A program made the position numbers and the translations under genes. A model generated the notes under the pieces. That model searched no databases. It saw only the letters and a program-made list of their open reading frames with translations, and was not told where the DNA came from. From NCBI RefSeq assembly GCF_046290725.1, contig NZ_JBKBUH010000001.1:697787-761786 (forward strand): a stretch of 64,000 nt of DNA, in the 5' to 3' direction. Positions within the stretch are counted from its first letter, which is position 1, and every line of letters begins with the position of its first letter. The DNA is from Phenylobacterium sp. GTDB lineage: Bacteria > Pseudomonadota > Alphaproteobacteria > Caulobacterales > Caulobacteraceae. This document shows positions 10,656-20,265 of this stretch, piece after piece.

Positions 10656-12460
10656 CCCGCCGCCTTGCCGCTGAACCGGCTGATGATCTTGTCGATCGGA
10701 TTGTCCACCTTGAACCGGCGCATGATCACGTACTGCTGCAGGATCGAAAGCACGTTGTTCCAGGTCCAGTAGATCAGGAGACCGGCGGCGAACGGCGCCA
10801 TGATGAAGGTGAACATGATCGGCATGAACTGGAAGATCTTCTGCTGCACCGGATCCGGCGCCGGCGGGTTCATCGCCATGGAGAGCCACATGGTGAAGCC
10901 GTAGAGGATGGCCAGCGGGCCAAGGTGCAGAAGGTCGGAATTGAGGATTCCACCGATCAACGGCGCGGTGGCGGGGTTCCAGGGGATCAGGCCGAACAGG
11001 TTCCAGATGGTCAGCGGGTCCTTGGCGGAGAGATCCTGAATCCAGCCGAAGAAGGGCGCATGCCGCATCTCGATGGTGACGGTCAGCACCTTGTAGAGGG
11101 CGTAGAAGACCGGGATCTGGATCAGCATGGGAAGGCAGCCGGTCAGAGGATTGATCTTCTCCTTCTGATAGAGCGCCATCAGCTCCTGCTGCATCTTCGG
11201 CGGATCCTCCTTGAACTTGGCGCGCAGCTGCTCGATCTGCGGCTGCACCTTCTTCATCTTGGTGATCGACTCGTAGCTCTTGTTGGCCAGCGGGAAGAAG
11301 ATCAGCTTCACGGCCACGGTGAGCAGCAGGATGGCGATCCCGACGTTGCCGATGTGGCGGTAGATGAAGTCGAGGAAGGAAAAGATCGGCCGGGTGAAGA
11401 ACCAGAAGTTCCCCCAGTCGACGGCGCTGTCCAGACGGGGCACGCCGAGCTGGGCCTCATAGGCGTTCAGCACCGGCACGGTCTTGGCGCCCGCGAACAC
11501 GTGGGTGGTCTCGCTGATCTGGCGGCCGGCCGGGATGATCTTCGGCTGGCCCACATAGACGGCTTCGTAGATGTCCGGCGCGCCCGAGGCGCGGGTGATG
11601 CGGAACTGGTTTTCGATCCGCTGGGACTGCTCGGGGATCACGGCGGTCAGCCAGTACTTGTCGGTGATGCCGGCCCAGCCGCCGGTGGAGGTGAAGCTCT
11701 CGCCGCCCTCCTTACGCCACTTGTCGTACTTCACTTGCCGAAGCTGACCGTTGAGCCAGCCGATCGCGCCCTCGTGGACGATGTGGTTGCGGCCGAGATC
11801 GGCGGGCACGCCCTGGCGTTGGACCGAGGCGTAGGGGGCGAGCGTCACCGGGCCCGCGCCGGTGTTGGCCACGGTGTCGGTCACCGTGAACATGTAGCGG
11901 TCGTCCACCTCGATCCGGCGGGTGAAGGTCAGGCCCTGGCCGTTGGAGGTGCGCAGCACCACGGGCTGGCCGGGCGCCAGCGTCGAACCCTCCACCACCT
12001 GCCAGACCGTGTCGGCGTTCGGCAGGCCGGGGAGGTTGGCGCCGATCCAGCCCACTTCGGCGAAGAAGGCGTGCTGGGCGCCCTCGGGGCGGAGCAGCTC
12101 CACGGGGGGCGCGTCCTTCGCCACCGTCTGGCGATACCGCCGCAGATAGAGGTCGTCGATACGTGCGCCCCGCAGGGAAACCGAACCCGAGAGCGACGGG
12201 GTGGAGACGGGAACCCGCGGGCTGGCCGCCGCCGCCTGCTGGCGCGGCACGGTCACGGCCGCAGCGGGCGCATTGACCCCGCTGGGCGCCTTGCCGGCGG
12301 GGGTGGCGGCCTCCGTCTGCGCGGCCGTCGCCTTCTGGCGCTCCAACTCGGCGCGGCGCTGCTTGGTCATCGGGTCCAGCACGAAGACCTGGTAGAGGAT
12401 CAGGATCAGGACCGCGCTGACCACGAAGACGATCGTGTTGCGGGTGTTGTCGTTCTGCAT
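10652..12460 (-). CDS. yidC: Membrane protein insertase YidC
   Basis: [55 protein letters not shown]. Confidence 0.97.
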   Translation of the reverse strand: MQNDNTRNTIVFVVSAVLILILYQVFVLDPMTKQRRAELERQKATAAQTEAATPAGKAPSGVNAPAAAVTVPRQQAAAASPRVPVSTPSLSGSVSLRGARIDDLYLRRYRQTVAKDAPPVELLRPEGAQHAFFAEVGWIGANLPGLPNADTVWQVVEGSTLAPGQPVVLRTSNGQGLTFTRRIEVDDRYMFTVTDTVANTGAGPVTLAPYASVQRQGVPADLGRNHIVHEGAIGWLNGQLRQVKYDKWRKEGGESFTSTGGWAGITDKYWLTAVIPEQSQRIENQFRITRASGAPDIYEAVYVGQPKIIPAGRQISETTHVFAGAKTVPVLNAYEAQLGVPRLDSAVDWGNFWFFTRPIFSFLDFIYRHIGNVGIAILLLTVAVKLIFFPLANKSYESITKMKKVQPQIEQLRAKFKEDPPKMQQELMALYQKEKINPLTGCLPMLIQIPVFYALYKVLTVTIEMRHAPFFGWIQDLSAKDPLTIWNLFGLIPWNPATAPLIGGILNSDLLHLGPLAILYGFTMWLSMAMNPPAPDPVQQKIFQFMPIMFTFIMAPFAAGLLIYWTWNNVLSILQQYVIMRRFKVDNPIDKIISRFSGKAAG

Positions 12461-12472
12461 GGGGACGCGCGC

Positions 12473-12871
12473 TCAGGCGGGAGGAACGGGGGCGCGGGGA
12501 CGTGCGCCGGATGGGCTGTCGCTTTCGGCGGCGAGGCTTATCAGCGCGCTTTTCACGTCGTCAAGCAAACGCGGCCACGGGCGGGTGGGCGCGCCGCCGC
12601 GCGCGATCAAGACGTAGTCATGCCCGGGGCGGCCGAACTGCGGCAAAAGCGCTCGCGCGGCCTCGCGCAGGCGGCGCTTGGCGCGGTTGCGCACCACCGC
12701 CCCGCCGATCTTGCGGGTGGCGGTGAAGCCGACTCGGATCTTGGGGTCGTCGTCGCCCCGTGGGCGGGCCTGAAGCACCACCGCGCCCCGGGCGCAGGAC
12801 GGCGCGCGCGCAGCCGCCAGGAAATCGGCGCGCTTCTTCAGGCGTTCGATGGCAGGTGCGGCGTCCGTCAC
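12473..12871 (-). CDS. rnpA: Ribonuclease P protein component
   Basis: RVGFTATRKIGGAVVRNRAKRRLRE (RNR motif); rpmH-rnpA-yidC order. Confidence 0.95.
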   Translation of the reverse strand: MTDAAPAIERLKKRADFLAAARAPSCARGAVVLQARPRGDDDPKIRVGFTATRKIGGAVVRNRAKRRLREAARALLPQFGRPGHDYVLIARGGAPTRPWPRLLDDVKSALISLAAESDSPSGARPRAPVPPA

Positions 12872-12909
12872 GCGGACACCATAGTCTCGGCGCGCGTCTT
12901 GCGCCGCCC

Positions 12910-13044
12910 TTAGGCGGTCAGGCGCTTGCGGCCCTTGGCGCGGCGACGCGCCACGATCTTCTGGCCGTTCTTGGTCGCCATGCGGCTGCGGAAGCCGTGA
13001 CGGCGCTTGCGCACGAGACGCGAGGGCTGAAAGGTCCGCTTCAC
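12910..13044 (-). CDS. rpmH: 50S ribosomal protein L34 (absent from the ORF track)
   Basis: Manual translation [44 protein letters not shown]. Confidence 0.98.
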   Translation of the reverse strand: MKRTFQPSRLVRKRRHGFRSRMATKNGQKIVARRRAKGRKRLTA

Positions 13045-13134
13045 AGGGCTAACTCCGGCTCGAAAATCGAGCGGCGGTCCTTAAGGGGTTGGGGCGACCC
13101 TGTCAACTGTCCCGTCCCTCCTTGCATCGGGGAT

Positions 13135-13884
13135 TCAGGCCGTGAGGGTGAGGATCACCGGCCCGCGGCGGGTGGCCACCAGGGTGTGCTCGTACTGGAC
13201 GGTCGGCTCGCCGCCGGGCGGGCGGAGGGTCCAGCCGTCACCCATCTCGTCCACCCACTCCGCGCCGAGCGACAGGAAGGGCTCGATGGTGAAGACCAGA
13301 CCCTCGGGAATCCGGCGGCTCTCGCGCGGCTCCCACCAGGTGGGGATCTCGCCCGGCTCGTCGTGCAGCGAACGGCCGACCCCATGCGAGGCGAGGTTCT
13401 TCACCAGGGTGTAGCCGTTCCTGTCGGCGAAGCCCTGGATGGCCCGGCCGATCTCGTTCAGCTTGCCGCCCGCCTTCACCGCCCGGATGCCGGTCCACAT
13501 GGCGCGGCGGCCGTCGCGGCACAGGCGCTCGATGCGCGGCTTGACCGGGGGCACGGCGAAACTGGCCCCCGTGTCGCCGAAGAAGCCGTTCAGCTCCGCC
13601 GAGACGTCGATATTCACCAGGTCCCCGGCGGCGATAGGGCGATCGTCGGGAATCCCATGGGCGCAGTCCGGGCCGACCGAAATGCAGGTGGCGCCCGGAA
13701 AGCTGTAGGTGATTTCGGGCGCCGAGCGGGCGCCTTCCCGCTCCAGCATGGCGCGGCCCAGCCGGTCGAGTTCGCGGGTGGTGATCCCGGGCTCCAGCGC
13801 CTGGCCCATGGCCTCCAGGGTGCGCGCCACCAGCCGTCCTGCGGCCTTCAGCCCCTCGAGCTGGTCTTCATGTTCGATGGTCAT
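13135..13884 (-). CDS. map: Type I methionyl aminopeptidase
   Basis: CAHGIP, GDLVNIDVS, GDTG, SHGVGRSLHDEP, FTIEPFL, QYEHT. Confidence 0.92.
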   Translation of the reverse strand: MTIEHEDQLEGLKAAGRLVARTLEAMGQALEPGITTRELDRLGRAMLEREGARSAPEITYSFPGATCISVGPDCAHGIPDDRPIAAGDLVNIDVSAELNGFFGDTGASFAVPPVKPRIERLCRDGRRAMWTGIRAVKAGGKLNEIGRAIQGFADRNGYTLVKNLASHGVGRSLHDEPGEIPTWWEPRESRRIPEGLVFTIEPFLSLGAEWVDEMGDGWTLRPPGGEPTVQYEHTLVATRRGPVILTLTA

Positions 13885-13887
13885 GTC

Positions 13888-14865
13888 CTACAGATCCGGC
13901 CGGATGATCGTCTTGCCCACCACCTGGCGGCCGGCGAGCGTGTCGAAGGCTTCGCGCCAACGGTCGAGAGGAAACTCGGCATGGACGCGGGGCTTCATCT
14001 TGTCGGCCAAGGCCCAGACCGCCTCGATGTTTTCGCGGCCCTTCTCCGGAAACCGGCGACCATATTCGCCGGCCCGGACGCCCATGACCGAGAAGCCTTT
14101 GATGAGCGCCATGTTCACCGGCAGGGTCGGCAGCCGGCCGGAGGTGAAGCCGATGACCAGCAGCCGCCCGTCGAAGGCGATGCAGCGGGTGCTCTCGTCG
14201 AACACGTCGCCGCCGACGGGGTCATAGATCACGTCCGCCCCGGCGCCGCCGGTGATCTCCTTGACCCGCTCGCGGAAACCGCCGGTCACATTGACGACGG
14301 CGTCGGGCGCGTATTCGCGCTGGATGATCGCCAGCTTTTCGTCGGAGGCGGAGGCGGCGATCACCTTGCAGCCCAGATGCCGGGCGAGGTCCACGCAGGC
14401 CAGGCCGACGCCGCCGGCCGCGCCGTGCACCAGCACCCACTCGCCGGGCCGAACCTGGGCGCGGCGGACCAGGGCCACGTATGCGGTGAGATAGGCGACC
14501 TGATAGCCCGCCGCCTGGGCGAAGGAGAGCGCATCCGGCTTGCGGCGCAGACCGGCGGCGGGGGCGACGGCGAATTCCGAAAAGCCCCCTTCCCGTGCGC
14601 CGCCGACCACGGCGTCGCCCACGGAGAAGCCCCTCACCCCCTCGCCCAGGGCCGCCACCTCGCCCGCCAGCTCCAGGCCTGGAATAAACGGCAAGGGCGG
14701 CTTGTGCTGGTACTCCCCGCGGGTCTGCAGCAGATCGGGGAAGTTGACCGCCGCGGCGCGGGTGCGGATCAGCACCTCCCCCGGCCGAGGCTGGGGCGTG
14801 GGCACATCGCGCACGGCGCAGCCGGCATAGTCTGGCAGCAGTTCCTCGACGATCAGGGCGCGCAT
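13888..14865 (-). CDS. NADPH:quinone oxidoreductase family (MDR)
   Basis: PFIPGLELAGEV, VLVHGAAGGVG, IYDPVGGDVF, VVGKTII. Confidence 0.9.
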   Translation of the reverse strand: MRALIVEELLPDYAGCAVRDVPTPQPRPGEVLIRTRAAAVNFPDLLQTRGEYQHKPPLPFIPGLELAGEVAALGEGVRGFSVGDAVVGGAREGGFSEFAVAPAAGLRRKPDALSFAQAAGYQVAYLTAYVALVRRAQVRPGEWVLVHGAAGGVGLACVDLARHLGCKVIAASASDEKLAIIQREYAPDAVVNVTGGFRERVKEITGGAGADVIYDPVGGDVFDESTRCIAFDGRLLVIGFTSGRLPTLPVNMALIKGFSVMGVRAGEYGRRFPEKGRENIEAVWALADKMKPRVHAEFPLDRWREAFDTLAGRQVVGKTIIRPDL

Positions 14866-15911
14866 TCGGCGATCCGCCCTTCCAGACCTTCCCGCACCAG
14901 GCCCGCGATCTCCCGGCAGGCGACGTCGGCGCACGGGATCGCGCCGGTGAAGGCCGTGAAGCCGTGGGCCAGGCTGTCGTAGCAGCGATAGACGGCGGGG
15001 ACGCCGGCGGCCTGCAGCGCCTTGGCGTAGGCCTCGCCCTGGTCGAGCAGGGGATCAAAGCCCGCGGTCACCACCACGGCCGGCGCCAAGCCCGAAAGGT
15101 CCGGGCTGCGGATCGGGGAGAGCCGCGGATCGGCGGGGTCGTCCTGCGGACCCATATAGTGGCCCATGAACCAGTCCATGGTCGCCCGATCGAGCGGATA
15201 GGCCTCGGCGTAGGTGGTCATGGAAGCGGTCTCGCTGGCCACATCCACGCATGGATAGATGAGCAGCTGCAGGTCGGGCTGCGGCTCGCCGGCGGCCTTC
15301 AGGTCCTGGCAGATCACCGCGGCGAAATTGCCGCCCATGGAGTCGCCGCCGATCACCGCGCGGCCGGCCGGGGCGCCGAACCTGGCCGCATCGTCGCGCA
15401 CATAACGGTAGACGGAGAGCACGTCGTCCAGGCCGGCCGGAAAGCGGTGCTCAGGCGCCAAGCGGTACTCAACCGAGACCACCGGCGCGCGGGCGACCTT
15501 GGCCAGGACGCCGCAAAAGGCGTGACAGGTGTCCAGATCTCCGATCACCCCGCCGCCGAAATGGGCGTAGACGATGACGGGGGCCTCGGGATCCTGCCGA
15601 CCGGGACGATAGACCCGGGCCGGGATCTGCCGGTCGGCGCCTGGAACTGCGAGGGACTCGACCTGGACGCCCGGCTCCGCCCGCCCGCCCAACTGAGCGA
15701 CGGCGGCGGCTGTGGCCCTGCGCGCCTCGGCCGGCGTCATCGCCGTCAGGGGCGGCTGGCGTTTGCCGGCCGCGGCCAGGAACTGGAAGCGCGGGTCGAG
15801 GGTGCGACCGCCCTTGTAGACCACGCCGCCGCCGGCCATCAGCCGCAGGATCGGCGCCGGCAGCGAAAGCAGGGTGCGGGCGAACCAGCGCCGGGCGGAG
15901 GCGTCAGCCAT
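14853..15911 (-). CDS. Alpha/beta hydrolase, HSL-family esterase/lipase
   Basis: HFGGG oxyanion motif, YRLAPEHRFP, GDSMGG nucleophile, GFDPL, HGF. Confidence 0.9.
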   Translation of the reverse strand: MADASARRWFARTLLSLPAPILRLMAGGGVVYKGGRTLDPRFQFLAAAGKRQPPLTAMTPAEARRATAAAVAQLGGRAEPGVQVESLAVPGADRQIPARVYRPGRQDPEAPVIVYAHFGGGVIGDLDTCHAFCGVLAKVARAPVVSVEYRLAPEHRFPAGLDDVLSVYRYVRDDAARFGAPAGRAVIGGDSMGGNFAAVICQDLKAAGEPQPDLQLLIYPCVDVASETASMTTYAEAYPLDRATMDWFMGHYMGPQDDPADPRLSPIRSPDLSGLAPAVVVTAGFDPLLDQGEAYAKALQAAGVPAVYRCYDSLAHGFTAFTGAIPCADVACREIAGLVREGLEGRIAECAP

Positions 15912-16533
15912 GCGCTCCCGCCTGGGGCAGACCCTTCAGGCCCGACTGGATCATGGCCACGGCGAAATCGGTGGCGCCCTTGGTGTCGATCGGGCGGCGC
16001 GCCAGCATCTTCTCCCCCACCTCGCGGGCGACGGCGATGCAGGCGGCGGCCACATAGTCCGGATCGGCGGCCGGGGCGCCGCCGCGGGCGATCTCCTCGA
16101 CGATGGCGCCGCGCACCTCGTCGAACACCGCCTTCATCTCCGGGGTGGAGCCGTGAACGTGAGGCTGGGTCTCGCCCGGAGGCCGACGGGCCAGCCAGGT
16201 CTTGTGGGCGTCGGCGAGGAACAGGAAATAGGCTTCGATGGCGCCGTGCACGAAGGTCTCCCAGTCCGGCGCCTGCGCCCGTTGGGCCTTCAGCAGGGGG
16301 GCGAACTGGCGCGCCCCTTCGGCGGCGAGCGCAACGTACACCTCTTCCTTCGACTTGTAGTAGTTGTAGAAGGTGCCGGCCGCGAGCCCGGTGCGCCGGA
16401 TGATGTCGCGTACGGTGGCGGTCTCGTAACCCAGCTCCCCGAACACTTCCCGCGCGGCGTCCAGTATGGCCTGGCGGTTCTGAACCTTGGTCTGCTCGCG
16501 CTTGCCGGCGGGGAGATAGGCGACTTCTGACAT
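15904..16533 (-). CDS. TetR/AcrR family regulator
   Basis: ILDAAREVFGELGYETATVRDIIRRTGLAAGTFYNYYKSKEE. Confidence 0.9.
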   Translation of the reverse strand: MSEVAYLPAGKREQTKVQNRQAILDAAREVFGELGYETATVRDIIRRTGLAAGTFYNYYKSKEEVYVALAAEGARQFAPLLKAQRAQAPDWETFVHGAIEAYFLFLADAHKTWLARRPPGETQPHVHGSTPEMKAVFDEVRGAIVEEIARGGAPAADPDYVAAACIAVAREVGEKMLARRPIDTKGATDFAVAMIQSGLKGLPQAGAHG

Positions 16534-16623
16534 TGGGTACGGCGACTCAGGGGAAAAGGTGACGCGCGTCATCATAGGCCGACCTGGGCGGCCAAGCCAA
16601 TCTTCTGCGCGCACGGGGCGATT

Positions 16624-16944
16624 TCAGCGGCCGGCGCGCGAGGTCCCGCAGGCGGCACGGCACTGGCCCCAGCTTCCGGGGCAGTCGTCGGAGGCTTCCT
16701 GGGCGATACAGAAATAGTAGGCCGAGGCGCAGGTCATGCGGCAGCGGGCGGGGTCGGCCGGCGCGGCGGCGGGCGCCGGAGCGCGCGGCGGCGCAAGCTC
16801 AGCAGGGGCGGCCTCAGCCTCAGGCGCCGGCGTCGCCTGAACCGGACCGCGCAGGCCCGCCTGGGCGCTCGGCGGCGTCTTCTGGGCAAGCGCCGGCGCT
16901 GCGGCGAGAGCGAGGGCGCAGGCGATGACCGGAAGAAGCCGCAT
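16624..16944 (-). CDS. Secreted Pro/Ala-rich protein with C-terminal 6-Cys motif
   Basis: Signal peptide MRLLPVIACALALAAAPALAQ; C-terminal CRMTCASAYYFCIAQEASDDCPGSWGQCRAAC. Confidence 0.75.
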   Translation of the reverse strand: MRLLPVIACALALAAAPALAQKTPPSAQAGLRGPVQATPAPEAEAAPAELAPPRAPAPAAAPADPARCRMTCASAYYFCIAQEASDDCPGSWGQCRAACGTSRAGR

Positions 16945-16967
16945 GACGCCAGTCTTCGCGTCGCGCC

Positions 16968-16983
16968 TTAAGCTCCGGTTAAC
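16968..16983 (+). promoter_or_regulatory. CtrA binding box (TTAA-N7-TTAAC)
   Basis: TTAA GCTCCGG TTAAC is an exact consensus match, 24 bp upstream of the 16944 start. Confidence 0.75.
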
Positions 16984-17010
16984 CATAAGATCCGGCCGGC
17001 GCCGCAGTCC

Positions 17011-17667
17011 TCAGGCCGTGAGAGGCGGCGCTTGCCGGGTCCGGCGCAGGGTCGCGCCGGCCAGGCCGGCGCCCAGGATCATCAGCGCCCAGGAGGCCGG
17101 CTCGGGTACGGCGCTCGCCGGCGGAACCACGCTGAGATAGCCCTGCAGAGAGGCGCTGTAGCCGCCGTTGAAGTAGAGGCTGAAATAGGGCGTAAGCCCC
17201 GCGAGGCTTTCATAGCTGGCGGGCAGGGCGGTCCCCGCCACCGTGTTCGGCCCCCCGTTGAAGGACAGCGCGAGGTACCAAGGGTCGAAACCGCCGGTCG
17301 TCGGGCCGACGACCGTGGATGAATCGAAAAAGGTGATGGAATCCGTCGTCCAGTCCACCACGCTCAGCGCGCCGGACGGCCCGAAGCCGTAGGCCTGGCC
17401 GCCGATCTGGAACGAGCCGGAAATCGGGCGGTAGTAGGCGTAGGCTCCGTCGCCATAAGGGCCGGTCTGATACGCTGCGCCGGCCGTGTCGAACTGCACC
17501 GTGCCGGCGACCGCCACATCGGGTCCGAAGGTCCCGGCGGTTCCGCCCAGGGCGTTCACGACCCCCGCCACGTCCAATGAAACGATCGCCGCCGAAGCCG
17601 GCCCGCCGGCGAACGCTACGACAGCCGCCGCCGCGGGCGCGGCGAGCGTGCACAGGAATCTGCGCAT
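17011..17667 (-). CDS. PEPxxWA-CTERM sorting-domain surface protein
   Basis: Signal peptide; C-terminal VPEPASWALMILGAGLAGATLRR. Confidence 0.92.
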   Translation of the reverse strand: MRRFLCTLAAPAAAAVVAFAGGPASAAIVSLDVAGVVNALGGTAGTFGPDVAVAGTVQFDTAGAAYQTGPYGDGAYAYYRPISGSFQIGGQAYGFGPSGALSVVDWTTDSITFFDSSTVVGPTTGGFDPWYLALSFNGGPNTVAGTALPASYESLAGLTPYFSLYFNGGYSASLQGYLSVVPPASAVPEPASWALMILGAGLAGATLRRTRQAPPLTA

Positions 17668-17753
17668 CCCGGATCTCCAACCTTGCGTAGAACAGCCGGC
17701 GCATTAACCACGTTTTCGGGTTGAGTGAAAAGGGCTCGTCAGCTCGCCCGCCC

Positions 17754-18350
17754 CTACTCCGTCCCGTCCATCCAGCGCCACAGGTCGCGGATCGCCAGGG
17801 CCCGCATGGCCGCATCGTCGCTGAGCAAGGGCGGAAGTCCCGCCTTCTCCAGACAGTCGTTGAGGGTGAGCGGCTCGCCGCGGGAGAGCCGCACGCCCCG
17901 GCGGCGAGCGACCGCCTGGAACCGGCGCCAGGCGCATTCCGTCCCCGCCGCGACATCCAGCGCCTCGCCGAGCAGGCCGGTCTGCAGCACCCGGTGGAAC
18001 GCCACCAGGGTGGCGCCTGCGCACAGCCGGCGCGCCAGGGCCTCGAAAGCCGCGACCTCCAGCGGCTCGGCGGCCAGGTCCTCGGCGGGCGGCGCGCCGA
18101 ACGGCGCGACCGGGCTTTGCGACCGGACGAAGGCGCTGAAGGCGACATTGCCGCGATCGTCGACGAAGGCGTACTGCATCACATGCTGGCGGCCGTCGGC
18201 GAACACCGAGCGGACCGCGAAATAGAGGTGGTCGCTGGCCGTCGCCTCCCGCCGTGCGGCGCGGGGGGCCGGCGCAGGCGCCAGGCGCAGGGCGGCCTGG
18301 AACCGTTCGGGCGAAACCACGGGCTTGGGCGCGAAGAGGGAGAAGAACAT
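17754..18350 (-). CDS. Hypothetical protein resembling a catalytically dead DEDDh/DnaQ exonuclease
   Basis: Segments QYAFVDDRGNVAFSAFVR, GATLVAFH, ECAW, TLNDCLEKAGLP follow the DnaQ-like pattern but the acidic catalytic residues are missing. Confidence 0.6.
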   Translation of the reverse strand: MFFSLFAPKPVVSPERFQAALRLAPAPAPRAARREATASDHLYFAVRSVFADGRQHVMQYAFVDDRGNVAFSAFVRSQSPVAPFGAPPAEDLAAEPLEVAAFEALARRLCAGATLVAFHRVLQTGLLGEALDVAAGTECAWRRFQAVARRRGVRLSRGEPLTLNDCLEKAGLPPLLSDDAAMRALAIRDLWRWMDGTE

Positions 18351-18519
18351 CGGCGAGGGCTCCAGGATCTGGGCCCATTGTTCGCGGCGACGGCCCTCCG
18401 GTCGACGCCGAGGCTTCCCGTTCCGGGATGGTTGAGGCGCCTTAAGCCTCCCATTCCGGGCGCGGCCCCTTGACGGCGCGGCCATTGCCGGGAGGCCCCC
18501 GTCCCGCTACCAGCAGGCC

Positions 18520-19668
18520 ATGGCCGCCCTCGACCCCGTCGCCCTCACCCAGGACCTGATCCGCCGCCCCTCGGTCACGCCCGCCGACGAGGGCGCCATG
18601 GACCTTGTCCAGGCCACGCTGGAGGATCTGGGCTTTTCCTGCCGCCGGATGAAGTTCGGCGAGATCGAGAACCTCTACGCCCGCTATGGGACGTCGCGCC
18701 CGAACCTCTGCTTCGCCGGCCACACAGACGTGGTGCCGGTGGGCGACGCCCGCGCCTGGAGCCGCGAGGCCTTCGCCGCCGAAATCGTCGACGGGGTGCT
18801 GATCGGCCGCGGCGCGGTCGACATGAAGAGCGCCATCGCCGCCGCTGCGGCGGCGGCCGGCCAGGCCATCGCCCGGGGCGAAGTGGCAGGCTCGCTTTCC
18901 TTCCTGATCACCGGCGACGAAGAGGGCGCAGCCACCCACGGCACCAAGCTGGTGGTCGAGGCGCTGCAGGCCGAGGGCGAGGTCATCGACCACTGCGTGG
19001 TGGGCGAGCCCACCAGCGCCGAGACCTTCGGCGATATGGTCAAGATCGGCCGCCGCGGCTCGATCAACACCTGGATCACCGTCGATGGCCGCCAGGGCCA
19101 CGTGGCCTATCCCCAGCGGGCGGCCAATCCGATCCCGCCGCTGATCGAGCTGCTTCACCGGCTGCAGAGCCACGTGCTGGACGAGGGCTATACCGGCTTT
19201 CAGCCCTCGAACCTGGAAGTGACGACCGTCGACGTCGGCAACGGCGCCACCAACGTCATTCCCGCCCAGGCGCGGGCGCGGCTCAACATCCGCTTCAATC
19301 CGGCCCACACGGGCGCGGAGCTGGCCGCCTGGATCGCCCGCGAGGCCGAGACGGTGGGGCGCGACTTTTCCGGGACGATCACGGTGGAGCCGGTGATCAG
19401 CGGCGAGGCCTTCCTGACCGAGCCCGGCGCCTTCACCGAGGTGGTGGCCGCCGCCGTGGAGGATGTGGCCGGCGCCCCGCCCGAGCTCTCCACCACCGGC
19501 GGCACCTCGGACGCCCGCTTTATCCGCGCGCTCTGCCCCGTGGTGGAGCTGGGCCTTGTGGGCAAGACCATGCACGCCGTCGACGAACGGGCGCCGGTGG
19601 AGGAGATCGTCAAGCTCCAGGCGGTCTATGAACGCCTGATCGCCCGCTACTTCGCGACGTTCGGCTGA
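18520..19668 (+). CDS. dapE: Succinyl-diaminopimelate desuccinylase
   Basis: FAGHTDVVP, GRGAVDMK, TGDEEG, GRRGS, GHVAYP, GGTSDARF. Confidence 0.96.
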   Translation: MAALDPVALTQDLIRRPSVTPADEGAMDLVQATLEDLGFSCRRMKFGEIENLYARYGTSRPNLCFAGHTDVVPVGDARAWSREAFAAEIVDGVLIGRGAVDMKSAIAAAAAAAGQAIARGEVAGSLSFLITGDEEGAATHGTKLVVEALQAEGEVIDHCVVGEPTSAETFGDMVKIGRRGSINTWITVDGRQGHVAYPQRAANPIPPLIELLHRLQSHVLDEGYTGFQPSNLEVTTVDVGNGATNVIPAQARARLNIRFNPAHTGAELAAWIAREAETVGRDFSGTITVEPVISGEAFLTEPGAFTEVVAAAVEDVAGAPPELSTTGGTSDARFIRALCPVVELGLVGKTMHAVDERAPVEEIVKLQAVYERLIARYFATFG

Positions 19669-19671
19669 GCC

Positions 19672-20040
19672 CTACTTCCGGACCCAGGCGCCGGCGGCGT
19701 TCTGGTAATACTCGCCGGGCTTCAGCCGGTCCTGCACCACGGTGTTGAAGGCCGAGGCGCCGGCGGCGGCGGGCGTGACGTTGTTACGCGCCGCAGCCTG
19801 GGCGTAGAGTTGGCGGCGGCCGGCGTTGATCTCGGCCACGGCGGCGTTCAGGGCCGCGTCGCTCGACGGCCGCACGAAGCCCAGGAAGCCGTCATTCTGC
19901 TCGCCGACGGTCCCTTGCGCCTTGGCGGCGTCGACGGCGGCCTTGGCGGCGGCGGGATCGGCGAAGGCCGCGCCGGCCAGGGTGAGCGTCCCGACCGCGA
20001 CGGCCACGGGGGCCAGAAGTCTTTCAAAGGTCATGGTCAT
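19672..20040 (-). CDS. ydbL: YdbL family (DUF1318) periplasmic protein
   Basis: AKAQGTVGEQNDGFLG, INAGRRQLY, GAWVRK; third gene of the operon. Confidence 0.88.
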   Translation of the reverse strand: MTMTFERLLAPVAVAVGTLTLAGAAFADPAAAKAAVDAAKAQGTVGEQNDGFLGFVRPSSDAALNAAVAEINAGRRQLYAQAAARNNVTPAAAGASAFNTVVQDRLKPGEYYQNAAGAWVRK

Positions 20041-20046
20041 CTCGCC

Positions 20047-20229
20047 TTAGAAGAGGTTCGGGTTCTGCCGGATCAGCGCCTTGACGTCCTCGTCCAGGCG
20101 CAGGCGGACATCGGCGTCCAGCTTGGCGTAAATGGTGATCGGCGCCACCTCCACCTTGACCGGAATGGCGCAGGCCGAAAGCAGGACGACGCCGGAAAGC
20201 GCCAGGACTGCGGCGGGGGATCGGGTCAT
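20047..20229 (-). CDS. ynbE: YnbE family lipoprotein
   Basis: Lipobox LSAC; PITIYAKLDADVRLRLDEDVKALI...LF. Confidence 0.9.
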   Translation of the reverse strand: MTRSPAAVLALSGVVLLSACAIPVKVEVAPITIYAKLDADVRLRLDEDVKALIRQNPNLF

Positions 20230-20265
20230 GCGGAGGTCTCCAAGGTCCGGGCTCTTTCTCTATGG

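Noticed and set aside
12461-12472. Absence of yidD between rnpA and yidC
   Set aside because: Only 12 bp separate the genes; this arrangement is ordinary in alphaproteobacteria
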